Assembly: GCA_040437565.1 (NCBI GenBank)
Contig: JBDOQK010000081.1
Location: forward strand, 1-64,000
Direction of reading: 5' to 3'
Origin: Albugo candida
Lineage: Eukaryota
DNA length: 64,000 nt
Under the pieces are notes generated by a model. That model saw nothing but the letters and a program-made list of their open reading frames with translations, was not told where the DNA came from and did not search any database. Of the stretch, positions 33,265-45,197 are shown in pieces; within the stretch, counting starts at the first letter, position 1, and each line of letters begins with the position of its first letter. The translations under genes were made by a program, and so were the position numbers.

Positions 33265-34839
33265 TCAAAATTGATCGAGAAACCATTTTAACGGCTTTCT
33301 CGCTTCACTCCACCATCCATCACCATTTTTCATCGTACTGTCTGCGTGATTGATATTAGCTCGATAGTAATTCGTGTTGCTCCAAGTGGCTTGGAATTTC
33401 TCCTTGTCAATGGACCCGCGACAGCTTTCAAATTCGACAACTCCATCATTCAGTCGATCATTTATATCAGTCACAGCCGAGATAATCCAATATCGTATCG
33501 ACATTACGGGAGATAGACCAAAAGGGCTCATTCCACAAAGCACAGATGTCACTGAGGATGTGTACACTTCACGCACTTGATCGTACAAAGCTTTTAATTC
33601 AGGAGGAGCCAGCCACGAATTCTGTGAAATAAGCGCCTTGGCACCATCAGCCAGCGGACAAAATCCAGCATATCGTAGCACACTGACCACCACACTATTG
33701 AACTTCAGGCTTTTGGTCGCGTTTTTATTGCACATATTGAAAGAGGTTACAGACACAGGGCTACCAGCAAGTGGAGCACCGAGCGCGATCCATTTAGCGG
33801 ATGATCCCAGCTGACACATTTGTTTGAGCAAAGCATTGGCGACGACCATATTCCCGGCGGAATGAGCGATTACAGCAACATCCTCAATAGAGAGCGGGCT
33901 TGAAGAGAGCAATTTGGCTGTTTTGCAAAACATAGCGGCCATTGTATCGTCATACCACACCCTTCGAGTGATATCCATGCGGAGAAATTTGGATCGCCAG
34001 CAGCAATGCGCATGGATGTGTAAATTGCCCCAATACTCTGTGAAATCATCTTGAGGCTCCATGTCTTCATATTCTCCGAGTCCGTGCAAGAAAATGCAAG
34101 ATTTGAGTCCAAATTTGCACAAGGTTGTTGATTGATTGAGGATAGTAAACGGAGAAGGTGTAATGTCGCTGGAAGGTAGACATTCGTCGATTGAGAGCAT
34201 TTGAGGACGTGAGAGAACCGATCGATCAGGAATGATGGTACCGTGTTCATATAAAAGTTGAATGGATGCTTCAATTTTGTGATGTTGGATCCTTCTCAGC
34301 GTGGAGCGTTTACTTTGATGGCTCATGCACATCCAATATGGTTCGCCTGCAAAGCGGAATTCGATGACGAGTTTGTTGGGGCATAACTTCAAGCCGAAGG
34401 GTTGTTTCGTTTTTTTTGCAGTGAGCAATGTGTTGGAAATTGACGAAAGAGGCGGTATGTATTGCGGGGTGATACATTCGTTTCTGATAATTTGCCGCAG
34501 AGTCGAATTGTAGATGGTGAGATACGCGCGATGTGACACGAGTGTGTAGTTGTATTGGAGATTGCCTTGAAAGTACGATATGATTCCGTCAATGCTAAAA
34601 CCAGACGCGCGCGCCTGATTGTCGACAGTGTTAGGAAAGAGAATGACTGTTATGGGAGAGTTCAAATGCCCGCGGATAAGTGCGCTTTGAGGGATTAATG
34701 TGACTTGAATTCCGGATTCATTGACGACATCTTGAAGGTTACGGTTTGCAAGGGGGAGGAAGGTGGAAGTGACGTAGTGTAGCTGAAGCGCTATGAGGCA
34801 ACAAGTACGAATAGCTTGACATGATGTAAAGCAATTCAT
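33265..34839 (-). CDS. Secreted alpha/beta-hydrolase (lipase-like) protein of an oomycete-type family, 524 aa
   Basis: Hydrophobic leader, CIFLHGLG (oxyanion region), IAHSAGN nucleophile elbow, NDGVVEFESC, NHAD, C-terminal GDGWW..RKPLKWF. Confidence 0.8.
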   Translation of the reverse strand: MNCFTSCQAIRTCCLIALQLHYVTSTFLPLANRNLQDVVNESGIQVTLIPQSALIRGHLNSPITVILFPNTVDNQARASGFSIDGIISYFQGNLQYNYTLVSHRAYLTIYNSTLRQIIRNECITPQYIPPLSSISNTLLTAKKTKQPFGLKLCPNKLVIEFRFAGEPYWMCMSHQSKRSTLRRIQHHKIEASIQLLYEHGTIIPDRSVLSRPQMLSIDECLPSSDITPSPFTILNQSTTLCKFGLKSCIFLHGLGEYEDMEPQDDFTEYWGNLHIHAHCCWRSKFLRMDITRRVWYDDTMAAMFCKTAKLLSSSPLSIEDVAVIAHSAGNMVVANALLKQMCQLGSSAKWIALGAPLAGSPVSVTSFNMCNKNATKSLKFNSVVVSVLRYAGFCPLADGAKALISQNSWLAPPELKALYDQVREVYTSSVTSVLCGMSPFGLSPVMSIRYWIISAVTDINDRLNDGVVEFESCRGSIDKEKFQATWSNTNYYRANINHADSTMKNGDGWWSEARKPLKWFLDQF

Positions 34840-35038
34840 GTTACGGGCACCTATATCGTAAAGATGAAGATTCGAGAATGATGAGCTCGATTGTGAAAGG
34901 TTTATGTTACGTCATGGTGTGATGATCTAGTGTTACGATTAATCGTGGAACCATGCAGAAATCAAGTGTGCACTTCGTGACTACCATTAATTATTGGAAG
35001 AAAAACGATACTGGTACCATGATTGATAAAAGTACTTT

Positions 35039-35677
35039 CTATGGCTTGCTATAATGTCTATGACAAAGATTAGACGTTCGCTCGTAAGCCGGACGATGGC
35101 AGCCTTCTTGAATACAACGTTTGCCGCCTCCGTGTGCCCAACAGAAGCCATTGGACACGGCTACTTTTTGACACCAATCGATGTGACATCTAGTCCCACC
35201 ACCATGTCCCCAACAAAGTCCACGTGACTTTGCGCGCTTGGTACATTCAGGCACTTGACACTCCACCGATCCTCCTGCGTACCAAACCGTTTAATTGGTG
35301 TCTCGTGCACGGCACACAACGTACCATGCTTCCAGCATAACCCTAATCGTTTCGCACTTGTGTCACAACCTTCTATAGAGCATTTCTTCCCGCCCTAATG
35401 CTACATCTTGAGTCACACACTACCAAAACGTACCCCAACGTACCCCATGCCGACAACATCGACCTTTATTCGCAATGTAATTGACGCATCCATCCACTTT
35501 GCATATTCGACGCGGTTGCCGTGTTTTGGCGACTTTCATGCGTGTAGATCGTGATTTGCCAGCAACAGCTGCATTCTTGTTCAATATGAATGTCATTCTG
35601 TACTTGTATGCGTGTCCTTGCATGAAAGGCGTACAAAACTTGAGATCCTCTCCAGAGAGCAAAGTATTGGACGACAT
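35039..35677 (-). CDS. Oomycete C-x4-C...C-x2-H-GG repeat protein (WRKY19-like zinc-finger repeats), 3 exons
   Basis: Two GTACG..AG introns. Five repeats: CKVDGC..CCRHG, CSIEGC..CWKHG, CQVPEC..CWGHG, CHIDWC..CWAHG, CIQEGC..CHRH. Confidence 0.88.
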
Positions 35678-36054
35678 ATGTCAGCTCGGACAATGAATTG
35701 AGGCACCTCGTTGCAATGTTGCTTTAATGCAAGTAACGACTGGGTTCATGCGGTGGAAAACTTGATCAATTCGATTTCAATTTATTGACGCTTAATTTGA
35801 CGGGCATAAACAAACGCCTCAAGAAAAGAAATGACAGTGATTTCTCATATTGACCTTGACGGCATGGTCGAGTTATATGTGATTTTGTATTATTCGACTG
35901 CGTATTGCCTAGATTTATGTAATGCAATCAGCGAACGCGTTGTAGGTAGCGGAAACTGACTGTTCGAGTGAAACGGTAGCTGGACCACAGTGGGTACAAA
36001 CCGCGTTATACTTCAAGTCTGTTGCTGTTTTATCAGTTGCAAAAGCTGTGTAAG

Positions 36055-36868
36055 CAGCTGCACTACAACTTAACGCACGTGGAGTCAAAACGTACGCCAT
36101 GACGTCAATATGTTCGATCTTTTAGGCTAAAGGCTGCATTTTTACAATTACGGAGTAACACAATTCCATTCCGCTTACGATGATAACCATAACGTAACGT
36201 GAATAATCCTTACGAGTTACAGCATACTATCAGCAAAGACAGGGTATGATATGCAACAGGTTGTCTGCACGAGTATTTGTTCACCTCACAATATTTTACC
36301 GTTTGGAACAAACACGCCCTCAATCAGTTACAAAGTATGGGCGCAATGGATGTATTAAAAAAATGGGATTTCTACAAGAAAATACCAGAGGTAATGACTT
36401 TGCAAGTGAGANNNNNNNNNNNNNNNNNNNNNNNNNNNNNNNNNNNNNNNNNNNNNNNNNNNNNNNNNNNNNNNNNNNNNNNNNNNNNNNNNNNNNNNNN
36501 NNNNNNNNNNNCAGCTGCACTACAACTTAACGCACGTGGAGTCAAAACGTACGCCATGACGTCAATATGTTCGATCTTTTAGGCTAAAGGCTGCATTTTT
36601 ACAATTACGGAGTAACACAATTCCATTCCGCTTACGATGATAACCATAACGTAACGTGAATAATCCTTACGAGTTACAGCATACTATCAGCAAAGACAGG
36701 GTATGATATGCAACAGGTTGTCTGCACGAGTATTTGTTCACCTCACAATATTTTACCGTTTGGAACAAACACGCCCTCAATCAGTTACAAAGTATGGGCG
36801 CTATGGATGTATTAAAAAAATGGGATTTCTACAAGAAAATACCAGAGGTAATGACTTTGCAAGTGAGA
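36055..36868. repeat. Gap-flanking direct duplication with one SNP
   Basis: 36055-36411 = 36512-36868 except A36345 vs T36802 (synonymous Ala). Confidence 0.95.
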
Positions 36869-38249
36869 TTCGCCCCTAGTCACACGTATTTCACTCCCAT
36901 AGGATCTCACCGTAAGCACGCTTCCTGGCGTGAGTCTCTCAATCGTTGGGTGTTTTATCATGTTAATTCTTTTCATTTTGGAATTTAATGCGTACCTCAC
37001 TGTTAATTACGCCTACGATATCGTCATCGATGAAGGTCTCGATGAAAAGTTCGAAATTAATTTCAACATAACAATTCCCGATCTCCCGTGTGAGTTTGCA
37101 AGCATCGATGTATCTGATATGACGGGAACTCGAAAACATAATATGACCAAACACGTTGCCAAAATCCGAATGGATGGTAAAGGACGACTTTTGGGCCTTG
37201 CTAACGCTGAAATTACTCATCCAAAGTATGCAAACGACGACGATTACGGCGACTTGCCCGAATCAGACGCAGTTGTCACCAAATTGGATGCGTCCAACTT
37301 TGAGAGCTTTTTGAAAGAGCACCATTACGTGGCCGTGGATTTCTTTGCCCCTTGGTGTATTTGGTGTAAGCGTTTGGAGCCGATTTGGACGCGTGTGGCC
37401 AAAACATTACCTTCTCTCCATTACGGCCAGCGGATGCGAGTAGCATCTGTTGATTGTGACGACCACGCGGACTTATGCATGAAGCAATTCGTTCGAGCAT
37501 TTCCCACCATTTTGTTCTACAAAGACGGCGAGACAAGTCCCGTGGAAATGTATTATGGCGACCGAACTTTAGAGGCTTTTGTCGATAAGTTCAAGAAAAT
37601 ATTTGATGGTGAAGTCGATGATACCGAAGTACGGAAGAAAGTCTTATTTGAGCAAGATACAAAACATGCCATACAATTGGGACGCGTGGCGCCCAAAAAT
37701 GCTGGACCGGAAGGATGTCAATTGTATGGACATTTAATTGTGAAAAGAGTTCCTGGAAATTTTCACATCCACCTGAGTCACCCGTCTTACTCGATGAATT
37801 CCTCGTTAGTCAATGCGTCTCATACAGTGAATGAGCTTTGGTTTGGGGAGACCCTTTCCGCCAGCGCGCTCGCTAAACTACCGCCTCACACGCGATTGGA
37901 TTCCCATCGATTGGCTGGACAAGAATTCACCGCTTATATGGAGAATTACACATACGTTCACTATATAAAAGTTGTGACCAATACGTATGTACAACGTAAC
38001 GGAGAGGCTATCAGTGCATACAGGTACACAGCGCATAGTAACGAGTATTTGGAAACGGAAGATCTTCCCTCCGTTATGTTCCGATACGATTTATCGCCAA
38101 TGTCTGTCCGAGTTACCGAGCGCGCGATGCCGTTTTACCATTTTGTGACTTCTGCGTGTGCGATCATTGGTGGAGTGTTCACGGTGATTGGGATTATTGA
38201 CCAATTGGTGCATCAAACAGTGCGAGCAATGAACAAAAAGGTGTTGTGA
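36794..38249 (+). CDS. PDI-C type Erv41/Erv46 (ERGIC) cargo receptor with inserted thioredoxin domain
   Basis: LKKWDFYKKIPE | DLTVSTLPG + TM, LPCEFASIDVSD, thioredoxin FFAPWCIWC, EGCQLYGHLIVKRVPGNFH, FRYDLSPM, CAIIGGVFTV. Intron 36848-36902. Confidence 0.93.
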
Positions 38250-38398
38250 TTCTTAGGAAAGGATTGTTGCTAGAAACGCAAATAAATGTTCGGTTTTCAC
38301 TTGATGTTTGTATTGGTGTCAGTGACCATGTGTTTTATCTTCGTAAACCTAACTTTGCGTACGGGATTAGGTCCGCCACACTACGCGTAATTCACTTC

Positions 38399-41300
38399 AT
38401 GTCCGATTATGAATACTTGCAACAGCGAATCTCTTTGGACGTCGATCTGCTTGGAAGACGCATTACTGGCGTTGCTGAAATCATCATTGCACCTAAATGC
38501 ACCTCTACAAAAATAGTACGACTTCACGCTCGTCAATTGGACGTGTCTAAAGTCTTCATAAACGATGTCGAAACCACATTCACGCAATATGATTTCCTGA
38601 ACGAGATCGTCGATGAGAACTACCGTGACGCGAATGCATTTGATCTTTTCTATCGAGGCTCTATCGTTGCATCCAAAGAAGGGGAACTGGCCATCGATAT
38701 TCCCAAACAGATTTCTCTCGATCCGGTCTCAGAATCAGAACAGTCCATCCAGCTGGAATCAGAATCAGGTAGTTACTGGAACACTGAAAGCCTTCCTTTA
38801 AGTACGAACGGACTTGTTGCCATTCGCATTCGAATCGAATATTCGATCACAAATCCCAAAGCCGGCGTGCGCTTCATCGTTCCAGATTCACAGAATGCAC
38901 TCCCTGCATCCATCTCCCCGCATCTGTACACCTTTAGCGGTCCATTTGGTGGTCTGTGCGACGGCGCAAGGACGTGGATGCCGTGCCGGGACACTCTCCG
39001 GGACACATGCACCTTCCGCTTGGAATTCACTGTACCACCATGGTGCTTAGTCATATGCAGTGGCTCACTGGTTGAACAGATTTTGATTCCGACGACTTCA
39101 AAACGGGTTTTCCGATACGCTTTGGATATCAAAACGAGCTGTTCGTCGATTGGATTTGCAATTGGGCCTTTTCGCGTGTTTTCTCCATCGGAATCGACGC
39201 CCCAAATGACACATTTCGCGTTACCACAAGCTTTTCCGGATGTGAGTTACTGCTGTGTCAAGCTCTCACACACCATGGAGTACCTTCAGCGGTACTTGAA
39301 CGCATCGTACCCATTCAAAAGCTACCATCAGATCTTTGTGTATGATCCTCCCGAGCAACTTCAGTACTTTGCAGGCGCCTCCATCGTCGACCAACAGATT
39401 TTGCATTCGGCTCGGATTATCGATAAAGAGCTTCCATCACATTTGGTTCAAGCGAAAGGACTCATTGGAAGCTGGATTTCCGGCTCTGTTGGGTTACAAA
39501 CGACCAAAGCAGCATGGGTCCTCGTTGGTGTCGTCGGATACATTCTCAACACATATGTGCGAGCAGCGTATGGCGAAGAGGAATTTGGGTATCGTATCCA
39601 GCTCGCAATGGATGCGCTCACGACCATGGAACTGACGAGAGATGGAGCGTCCTTGTCGCTTTTATCCTCTGAAGTCGATGTGTATGCAGAATATGTGCCA
39701 TCCGCATTGCCTTTTCTCGAGGTGAAAGCTCCGTTGGTGCTTCATATGATTGAGCAACGCGTTGGTCCTCAGCATCTCAATATCTCACTTCAGCGAGTCG
39801 TGGCAAGCACCGAAGATTTCGAAAGCGCTCCGTTCCAGCATGAGGTCACAAACAAAGACGCCAATGAGCCCAAAATTGATTCTCACGCACTTGTTGATGG
39901 GAAGCCTAATGTCGATAAAGAAAGCGATCTGAGTGCCCAACAAAATGAGAAGAAGCGACACATTTGGATGAATGCTAATGAGCCGTTGACGACCTCTTCG
40001 TTTCTGAAAACTGTGAAAGCTATTGCTGGAGCCTCAGGCCAAGATCTGACGAAATCGTTTCTCAGTATGTGGATCGTGGATTCCGGCATGCCATTCTTCA
40101 CTGTTGGGTACTGGTACAATCGAAAGCAGACACAAGCTGAACTCGTGGTGCAACAGGAAGTCCCTCCCGGTGGAAAGCTGTACACTGGCGCCATCACCGT
40201 CACTATCGTTGAAGATACGAGCGAGTATACGTACCAGAAGCGTATTGAGAGCCGTAGACATAAATGGGACTTTCCATGTCACTCCAAAGTGCGAAAAAAA
40301 CGTCGAAGACGTCAAGGCTTATCGGACCCTGACGAGTCGGTGTCGGTGAATGGACCTGGAATGGGATTGAATGACACACCAGTGTTCTGGGTTAAGATCG
40401 ATACGGGTCAGAACTGGCTTCGGCATATCGTGTTGCATCAGCCGGACTTTAACTGGATGGAGCAGCTGCTCTCGGACAAGAAGGTTGGATCGCGTGTGCA
40501 CGCTGCCCGGGCTCTAGCGTTGTTCCATCGACCCCATGAGAAGCCAAATATCATGTCTTGTCGAGTATTGACAGAGTGTATGAGTGGATTGACAACGCAT
40601 TCTCGACGTCTCCGTGCGGAAGCAGCCTTATCACTGGGTGTCTGGCAATCGATTCACGCTCCTTTTACAGTCGCCAACACGTCTTTACCCATTTGGAAAG
40701 CCATGCACAACCTTTTTCGGATCTTTAAGGAGCATTTCTTTGACCGAAATACAGATATGCCATTGCCCAATTACTTTGTTCCTTCTGGCGGTAAAGTAAT
40801 GCTCGAGTCTTTGGGAGCTCAACAAGCGTCTTTGTCCAGCAAACAAATCCAAATCCAAGACTACGCTGCTGGGGAGTACGAAATCAAGAAAACTGTTCCA
40901 AGAGCTTTGGCAATGATTCGAGCACAAAATGGGAAATCGCCACCTGAAATTGAGCATTTTCTCCTCCAATTGCTTTGTGAAAACGATAATTCGAAAAATT
41001 ACGTGGAAATGGACGATCAATCTCAAGTGGCTGATGATTGTTTCTACATTGGAAGCATCGTATTATCCTTGTCGTTGCTCACCACACCAGTGGAAAATAG
41101 ACGTCCGAATTCCATGGGGAAGGCGGTTCACGATGACGATCTGGTAATCCAAGAGATTTTGAGGTACCTTCGGTATGACCAAGTACAGCCGAGTCATGGG
41201 AAAATCATCACTGTTTGCTGCCTGGAAGCTTTGTGCAACTTGATTCTCGCCAAACGCTGTGGTCAAAATGTGGTTGAGTTCTTTTCATTCGCTTCTCCCA

Positions 41301-42139
41301 AACATATTCCTCTGGTCCGTCGAGCAGCCATTGAAAGTATTCTTCGCTTATTCTTCTCTGAGGATCCCAACGGTCCTCAGCAGGAAGAAAGAACCACATG
41401 GATCCCTGAGAATGACAAATTACGGCGTCCAGAGCTTCGATTAGAGTCGGTATATGGTGCCACAGCTGCTTTGTTGTGGGTCACTAGCTTTTTACGGATC
41501 GAAGAATCTCCAGGCCTCCGTTTATTCGCCGTCCAAGTGTGTCTCAATTGCATGCGTGGCTTTCCTCCTGCTTCTGGTATGTCGGTATTGGCGACATGGG
41601 ACCATAGCTACACGCTCAAAATCATGCACACGATCCAAATGAGTGATCCAACAGCATTTATCCTCCAAAGCCCTCAGACGGATGTGATCCAATCGCTCTT
41701 TATCCCGCCAGTGCTGAAGCAGCTTCGAGAAGATCGATCGGCGTCGCGTCTGATTGCCGAGCGTTTGTGGCATTTGATGAATGTGGAAACCGGTTTTGAC
41801 CAAAGGTTACGTGTGGCTATATTGGTGATTTATCGAAAGATATGGGGTGATGCAACTTCCATTGCGGTGGCGCATACAGTGCAGGAGAAAGAAAAGAATT
41901 GGGCCGGTGGGTTTGAGAGCTTGCGTGTGATGATGGAAGAGATTCAAAATCGATCGAATGAGAGTTCTGGTGCGGGAAATTACTCTTCTGGTGGAAGAGG
42001 ACGTGACGCAAGTTCGTATGCTGGTGTAGTGGGTGGAAGTGCGCAGAAAGATGGGATGATGGACGAAGAGAGCGGCGGAAAGCGATTGTTTATGAGCGCG
42101 CAAGTGAAAGAGAGAGTGAAAGGAAGCATTGGAAGTTGA
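38399..42139 (+). CDS. TAF2: TFIID subunit 2 (M1-aminopeptidase-like fold, no HExxH)
   Basis: RLHARQL, GARTWMPCRD, SIGFAIGPF, YPFKSYHQIFV, KAPLVLHMIEQRVG, PCHSKVRKKRRR, WVKID, QPDFNWMEQL, NDNSKN..DDCFY. Confidence 0.92.
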   Translation: MSDYEYLQQRISLDVDLLGRRITGVAEIIIAPKCTSTKIVRLHARQLDVSKVFINDVETTFTQYDFLNEIVDENYRDANAFDLFYRGSIVASKEGELAIDIPKQISLDPVSESEQSIQLESESGSYWNTESLPLSTNGLVAIRIRIEYSITNPKAGVRFIVPDSQNALPASISPHLYTFSGPFGGLCDGARTWMPCRDTLRDTCTFRLEFTVPPWCLVICSGSLVEQILIPTTSKRVFRYALDIKTSCSSIGFAIGPFRVFSPSESTPQMTHFALPQAFPDVSYCCVKLSHTMEYLQRYLNASYPFKSYHQIFVYDPPEQLQYFAGASIVDQQILHSARIIDKELPSHLVQAKGLIGSWISGSVGLQTTKAAWVLVGVVGYILNTYVRAAYGEEEFGYRIQLAMDALTTMELTRDGASLSLLSSEVDVYAEYVPSALPFLEVKAPLVLHMIEQRVGPQHLNISLQRVVASTEDFESAPFQHEVTNKDANEPKIDSHALVDGKPNVDKESDLSAQQNEKKRHIWMNANEPLTTSSFLKTVKAIAGASGQDLTKSFLSMWIVDSGMPFFTVGYWYNRKQTQAELVVQQEVPPGGKLYTGAITVTIVEDTSEYTYQKRIESRRHKWDFPCHSKVRKKRRRRQGLSDPDESVSVNGPGMGLNDTPVFWVKIDTGQNWLRHIVLHQPDFNWMEQLLSDKKVGSRVHAARALALFHRPHEKPNIMSCRVLTECMSGLTTHSRRLRAEAALSLGVWQSIHAPFTVANTSLPIWKAMHNLFRIFKEHFFDRNTDMPLPNYFVPSGGKVMLESLGAQQASLSSKQIQIQDYAAGEYEIKKTVPRALAMIRAQNGKSPPEIEHFLLQLLCENDNSKNYVEMDDQSQVADDCFYIGSIVLSLSLLTTPVENRRPNSMGKAVHDDDLVIQEILRYLRYDQVQPSHGKIITVCCLEALCNLILAKRCGQNVVEFFSFASPKHIPLVRRAAIESILRLFFSEDPNGPQQEERTTWIPENDKLRRPELRLESVYGATAALLWVTSFLRIEESPGLRLFAVQVCLNCMRGFPPASGMSVLATWDHSYTLKIMHTIQMSDPTAFILQSPQTDVIQSLFIPPVLKQLREDRSASRLIAERLWHLMNVETGFDQRLRVAILVIYRKIWGDATSIAVAHTVQEKEKNWAGGFESLRVMMEEIQNRSNESSGAGNYSSGGRGRDASSYAGVVGGSAQKDGMMDEESGGKRLFMSAQVKERVKGSIGS

Positions 42140-42446
42140 AGGAGATATCCTGTAGGCGTTGATATACTCTATATTATGATATTGGACTTGAATGGTAGNN
42201 NNNNNNNNNNNNNNNNNNNNNNNNNNNNNNNNNNNNNNNNNNNNNNNNNNNNNNNNNNNNNNNNNNNNNNNNNNNNNNNNNNNNNNNNNNNNNNNNNNGG
42301 ACTTGAATGGTAGTATTAGATTCTGAGAGCTACTGGGCGCTTATTTCTGTAATTGTTATTTCGAAATGCAATGACCGTGTCAAGTATAATAGTAGACTCT
42401 ATTGAGTCGATGAAAATCCGCATCCCGATAATTATCTTCCGATCGG

Positions 42447-44741
42447 ATGACTATATTGCCCGCTTATAACGTCGAAAATGTTGATGAACAAGTCGTAATA
42501 TTGCGAGAGAACGCTAAATCTTTAGATAATGATCATCAGGTAGTACGTAAAGATACTGAGGAGCGCAGAAAACTCTCTCTGCCGAGCGCTTCGACTCTCA
42601 ACACTTTGACCGATCCCGCCAAAGAAAAGTCCTCTGGATTGCGAGACCGTGAAACTATCCCAATACCACCTCTTTCGCACTCAAAATCCATACAAGAAGC
42701 CGTGATGCGCAAACTGAGCTTTAGTTCGACGGAAAGCATCTTTTCTGACGAGTCAAAAGTCCAGGTATGTGACCACTCTCCTTGGACGCTACAAAACGCT
42801 AATCTACATCCAAGGTCGTCATTCGAATCCGTCCACTGTGCATACCATCAGCGAATGGAAATGAAATCGATACGGAATGCTATCGACTTGTATCCAAGAC
42901 ATCTCTGATCGTTCAACCGCCTAAAGCAAGTCATCCCGGCTTTGTTGAAATGTCTTTTGAATGTAATGCGATTCTCTGTAGACTTCTCAAGCGTATCGAT
43001 CGACGGGCACCGCAAGTGCGTTTGAATTCACTCGTATCTTTGCTCCATCAACAGCCCAGCCCGAATTGTTTGAAGATACAACCAAACCGATACTAAAGCT
43101 TGCTTTCCAGGGGCAAAACGGTCTCATTTTCGCTTACGGAGTCACCAATTCTGGAAAAACATACACGATCACTGGAACGGATGAGAATCCTGGTCTTCTT
43201 CCACGATCCCTTGAATTCATTTTCGATCAAATCAGGCTCAGAAGACGGGTATCGACTGATTCCAAATTGGAGTATCACGTTACTGCTTCATATCTTGAGG
43301 TGTACAATGAATGCGTGTACGACTTGCTGATTCCAATACCGTCGAGACGGAAGAGACGATCTCTTCGATTGTCTGACCGTGATGGTAAGGTACACGTTCA
43401 AGGATTACTTGAGAAGAGAATACATTCGTTCAGTGAAGCCAACGACTTGTTAGTGATGGGAAAACGTAACAAACAAGTCGCCGAGACGAACTGTAATTCC
43501 GACTCCAGTCGAGGTCACTGCGTCTTCACCATCACACTTCATCGAAATGACTCCACATTGGTGAAATCAAAGCTTTGGAGCAAGATTTCCATAGTTGACC
43601 TAGCTGGATCAGAGCGTGGCACCAAAACCGGAGCCACGGGAATTCGTCTGCAGGAAGCCACTAAAATCAATGGCTCACTGATGAATCTGATGAACTGCTT
43701 TGAGACATTACGGTGGAACCAGCAGCACCCAAGTCATTTGCAGAAAATTGTCCCATTTCGACAATCGAAATTAACTAAAGTACGTGTCTTTCTTCCTCTA
43801 TCTGATTCTTCTGATTCTTCTGATTCCGTAGCTTTTCCAAGAAAGCTTTGTCGGTCGTGATTCTGGGCCTCTGGTTATGATTGTCGCTGTGAATCCTTCG
43901 ATCCAAGAATTTGATGAGACTTTGCGGACACTCAAATACAGCGCTGTAGCTCGAGAACTCGTTCGATCCAAGCAAAATGCATCGCCCCCAAAGAAGTTGA
44001 AGCTTGCATACAATTTGGATGGGCGATTACGTAAACGATGTCGTGTTGCACCTGTGGGAACGGTGGTCTCACTTCCAAAAGCTGATGCGATTGAAGAGCG
44101 GAAAGAGAATAACACGAATCTAGCTCAGGAATCGGTGCTCCGAAACGCTTCTTCTGAAGAATTGGCACCTATTGAAGCTGCGAAACAACTCCATCCAGAT
44201 TCTCATGATACGAGACAGCCAAAGCGACGAAAAGATGCGGAAACTCAAACGACTGAGAGCTTTCCTTTCGGAATGGAAAATGTAAGCCATTTGAATGGAT
44301 TTTGACCAATTGTATTAAAGTATTGTGTAGCTCGACCTGGAAGAATGTAATCGTACACTAAGAAAACGAATTGCTGAACTTGAAGCGGAAAGTTTGCAAC
44401 TTGAGGTTGATATACGTCAAGAGGTAGCGTCTGAAATGGCGCAGCAATTACGACAATTCAAAGAGCAATTCAAAAACCAATTCGAAAAGCAGCATTGCGC
44501 CGACAAAAAGAATTCCGGAACGTGTGCTGACCACCAGGCTATAGAATGTGAGAGTTTGAGTGACGCGGTGGATTCTGATGGCGCAAAGGCTCCGTCAAGC
44601 GTGTTTCGTCTTCGAAATCAGCTTCAGGAATGCGAAGAAGAAATGCAGAGAATGCAGACTCGACACAAAGAAGAGCTTATCGAGTCAGTACGCAAATCCA
44701 AGCATCGCAAGAGCTTGCGATTGCGGCGAATGTTACTCTGA
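42447..44741 (+). CDS. Kinesin-6-like motor (KIF20/KIF23 type), multi-exon; 3' end uncertain
   Basis: VVIRIRP, P-loop AYGVTNSGKT, SYLEVYNE, NSDSSRGH, VDLAGSER, VPFRQSKLT, FDETLRTLKYSA, then a coiled-coil tail. Confidence 0.9.
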
Positions 44742-45197
44742 CGGATTTGATTGCGTGCAACACACTATTTGGCGTACTTTTCGCTTTTCTGCCAATTGGA
44801 AAGACTTTCTGACTGCANNNNNNNNNNNNNNNNNNNNNNNNNNNNNNNNNNNNNNNNNNNNNNNNNNNNNNNNNNNNNNNNNNNNNNNNNNNNNNNNNNN
44901 NNNNNNNNNNNNNNNNNCGCTTTTCTGCCAATTGAAAAGACTTTCTGACTGCAGACGAAAAGTCATTTTGGGCGTGCACCTTAATTAACGATCTTATTGT
45001 ACAGAACAACAGTCTGTAAGTTTGCCACCTTCCAGATTGAATTTACCTCGACGAAATAAACGCTGGCGCATGCACAAACAACGCTCTAAACTCTCTAACA
45101 ATTAATACCCCGTCTAATATAATACAAGGTTCCGTTGACTAGCACCACGCTAGCTATCCGATATCGAATACAATAACCTTCCACTTTGTGATTTCAC

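Noticed and set aside
35915..36100. 61-aa Ala/Thr/Cys-rich ORF, superficially elicitin-like
   Set aside because: No signal peptide, in-frame stop shortly upstream, and Cys spacing does not match the six-Cys elicitin pattern.
38246..38398. N-terminal extension of TAF2 from a GTG start overlapping the upstream stop
   Set aside because: Non-ATG start from a prokaryote-style ORF caller; homology begins at ATG 38399.
43801..43826. (TCTGATTCT) x ~3 short repeat
   Set aside because: Trivial microsatellite inside a kinesin intron.
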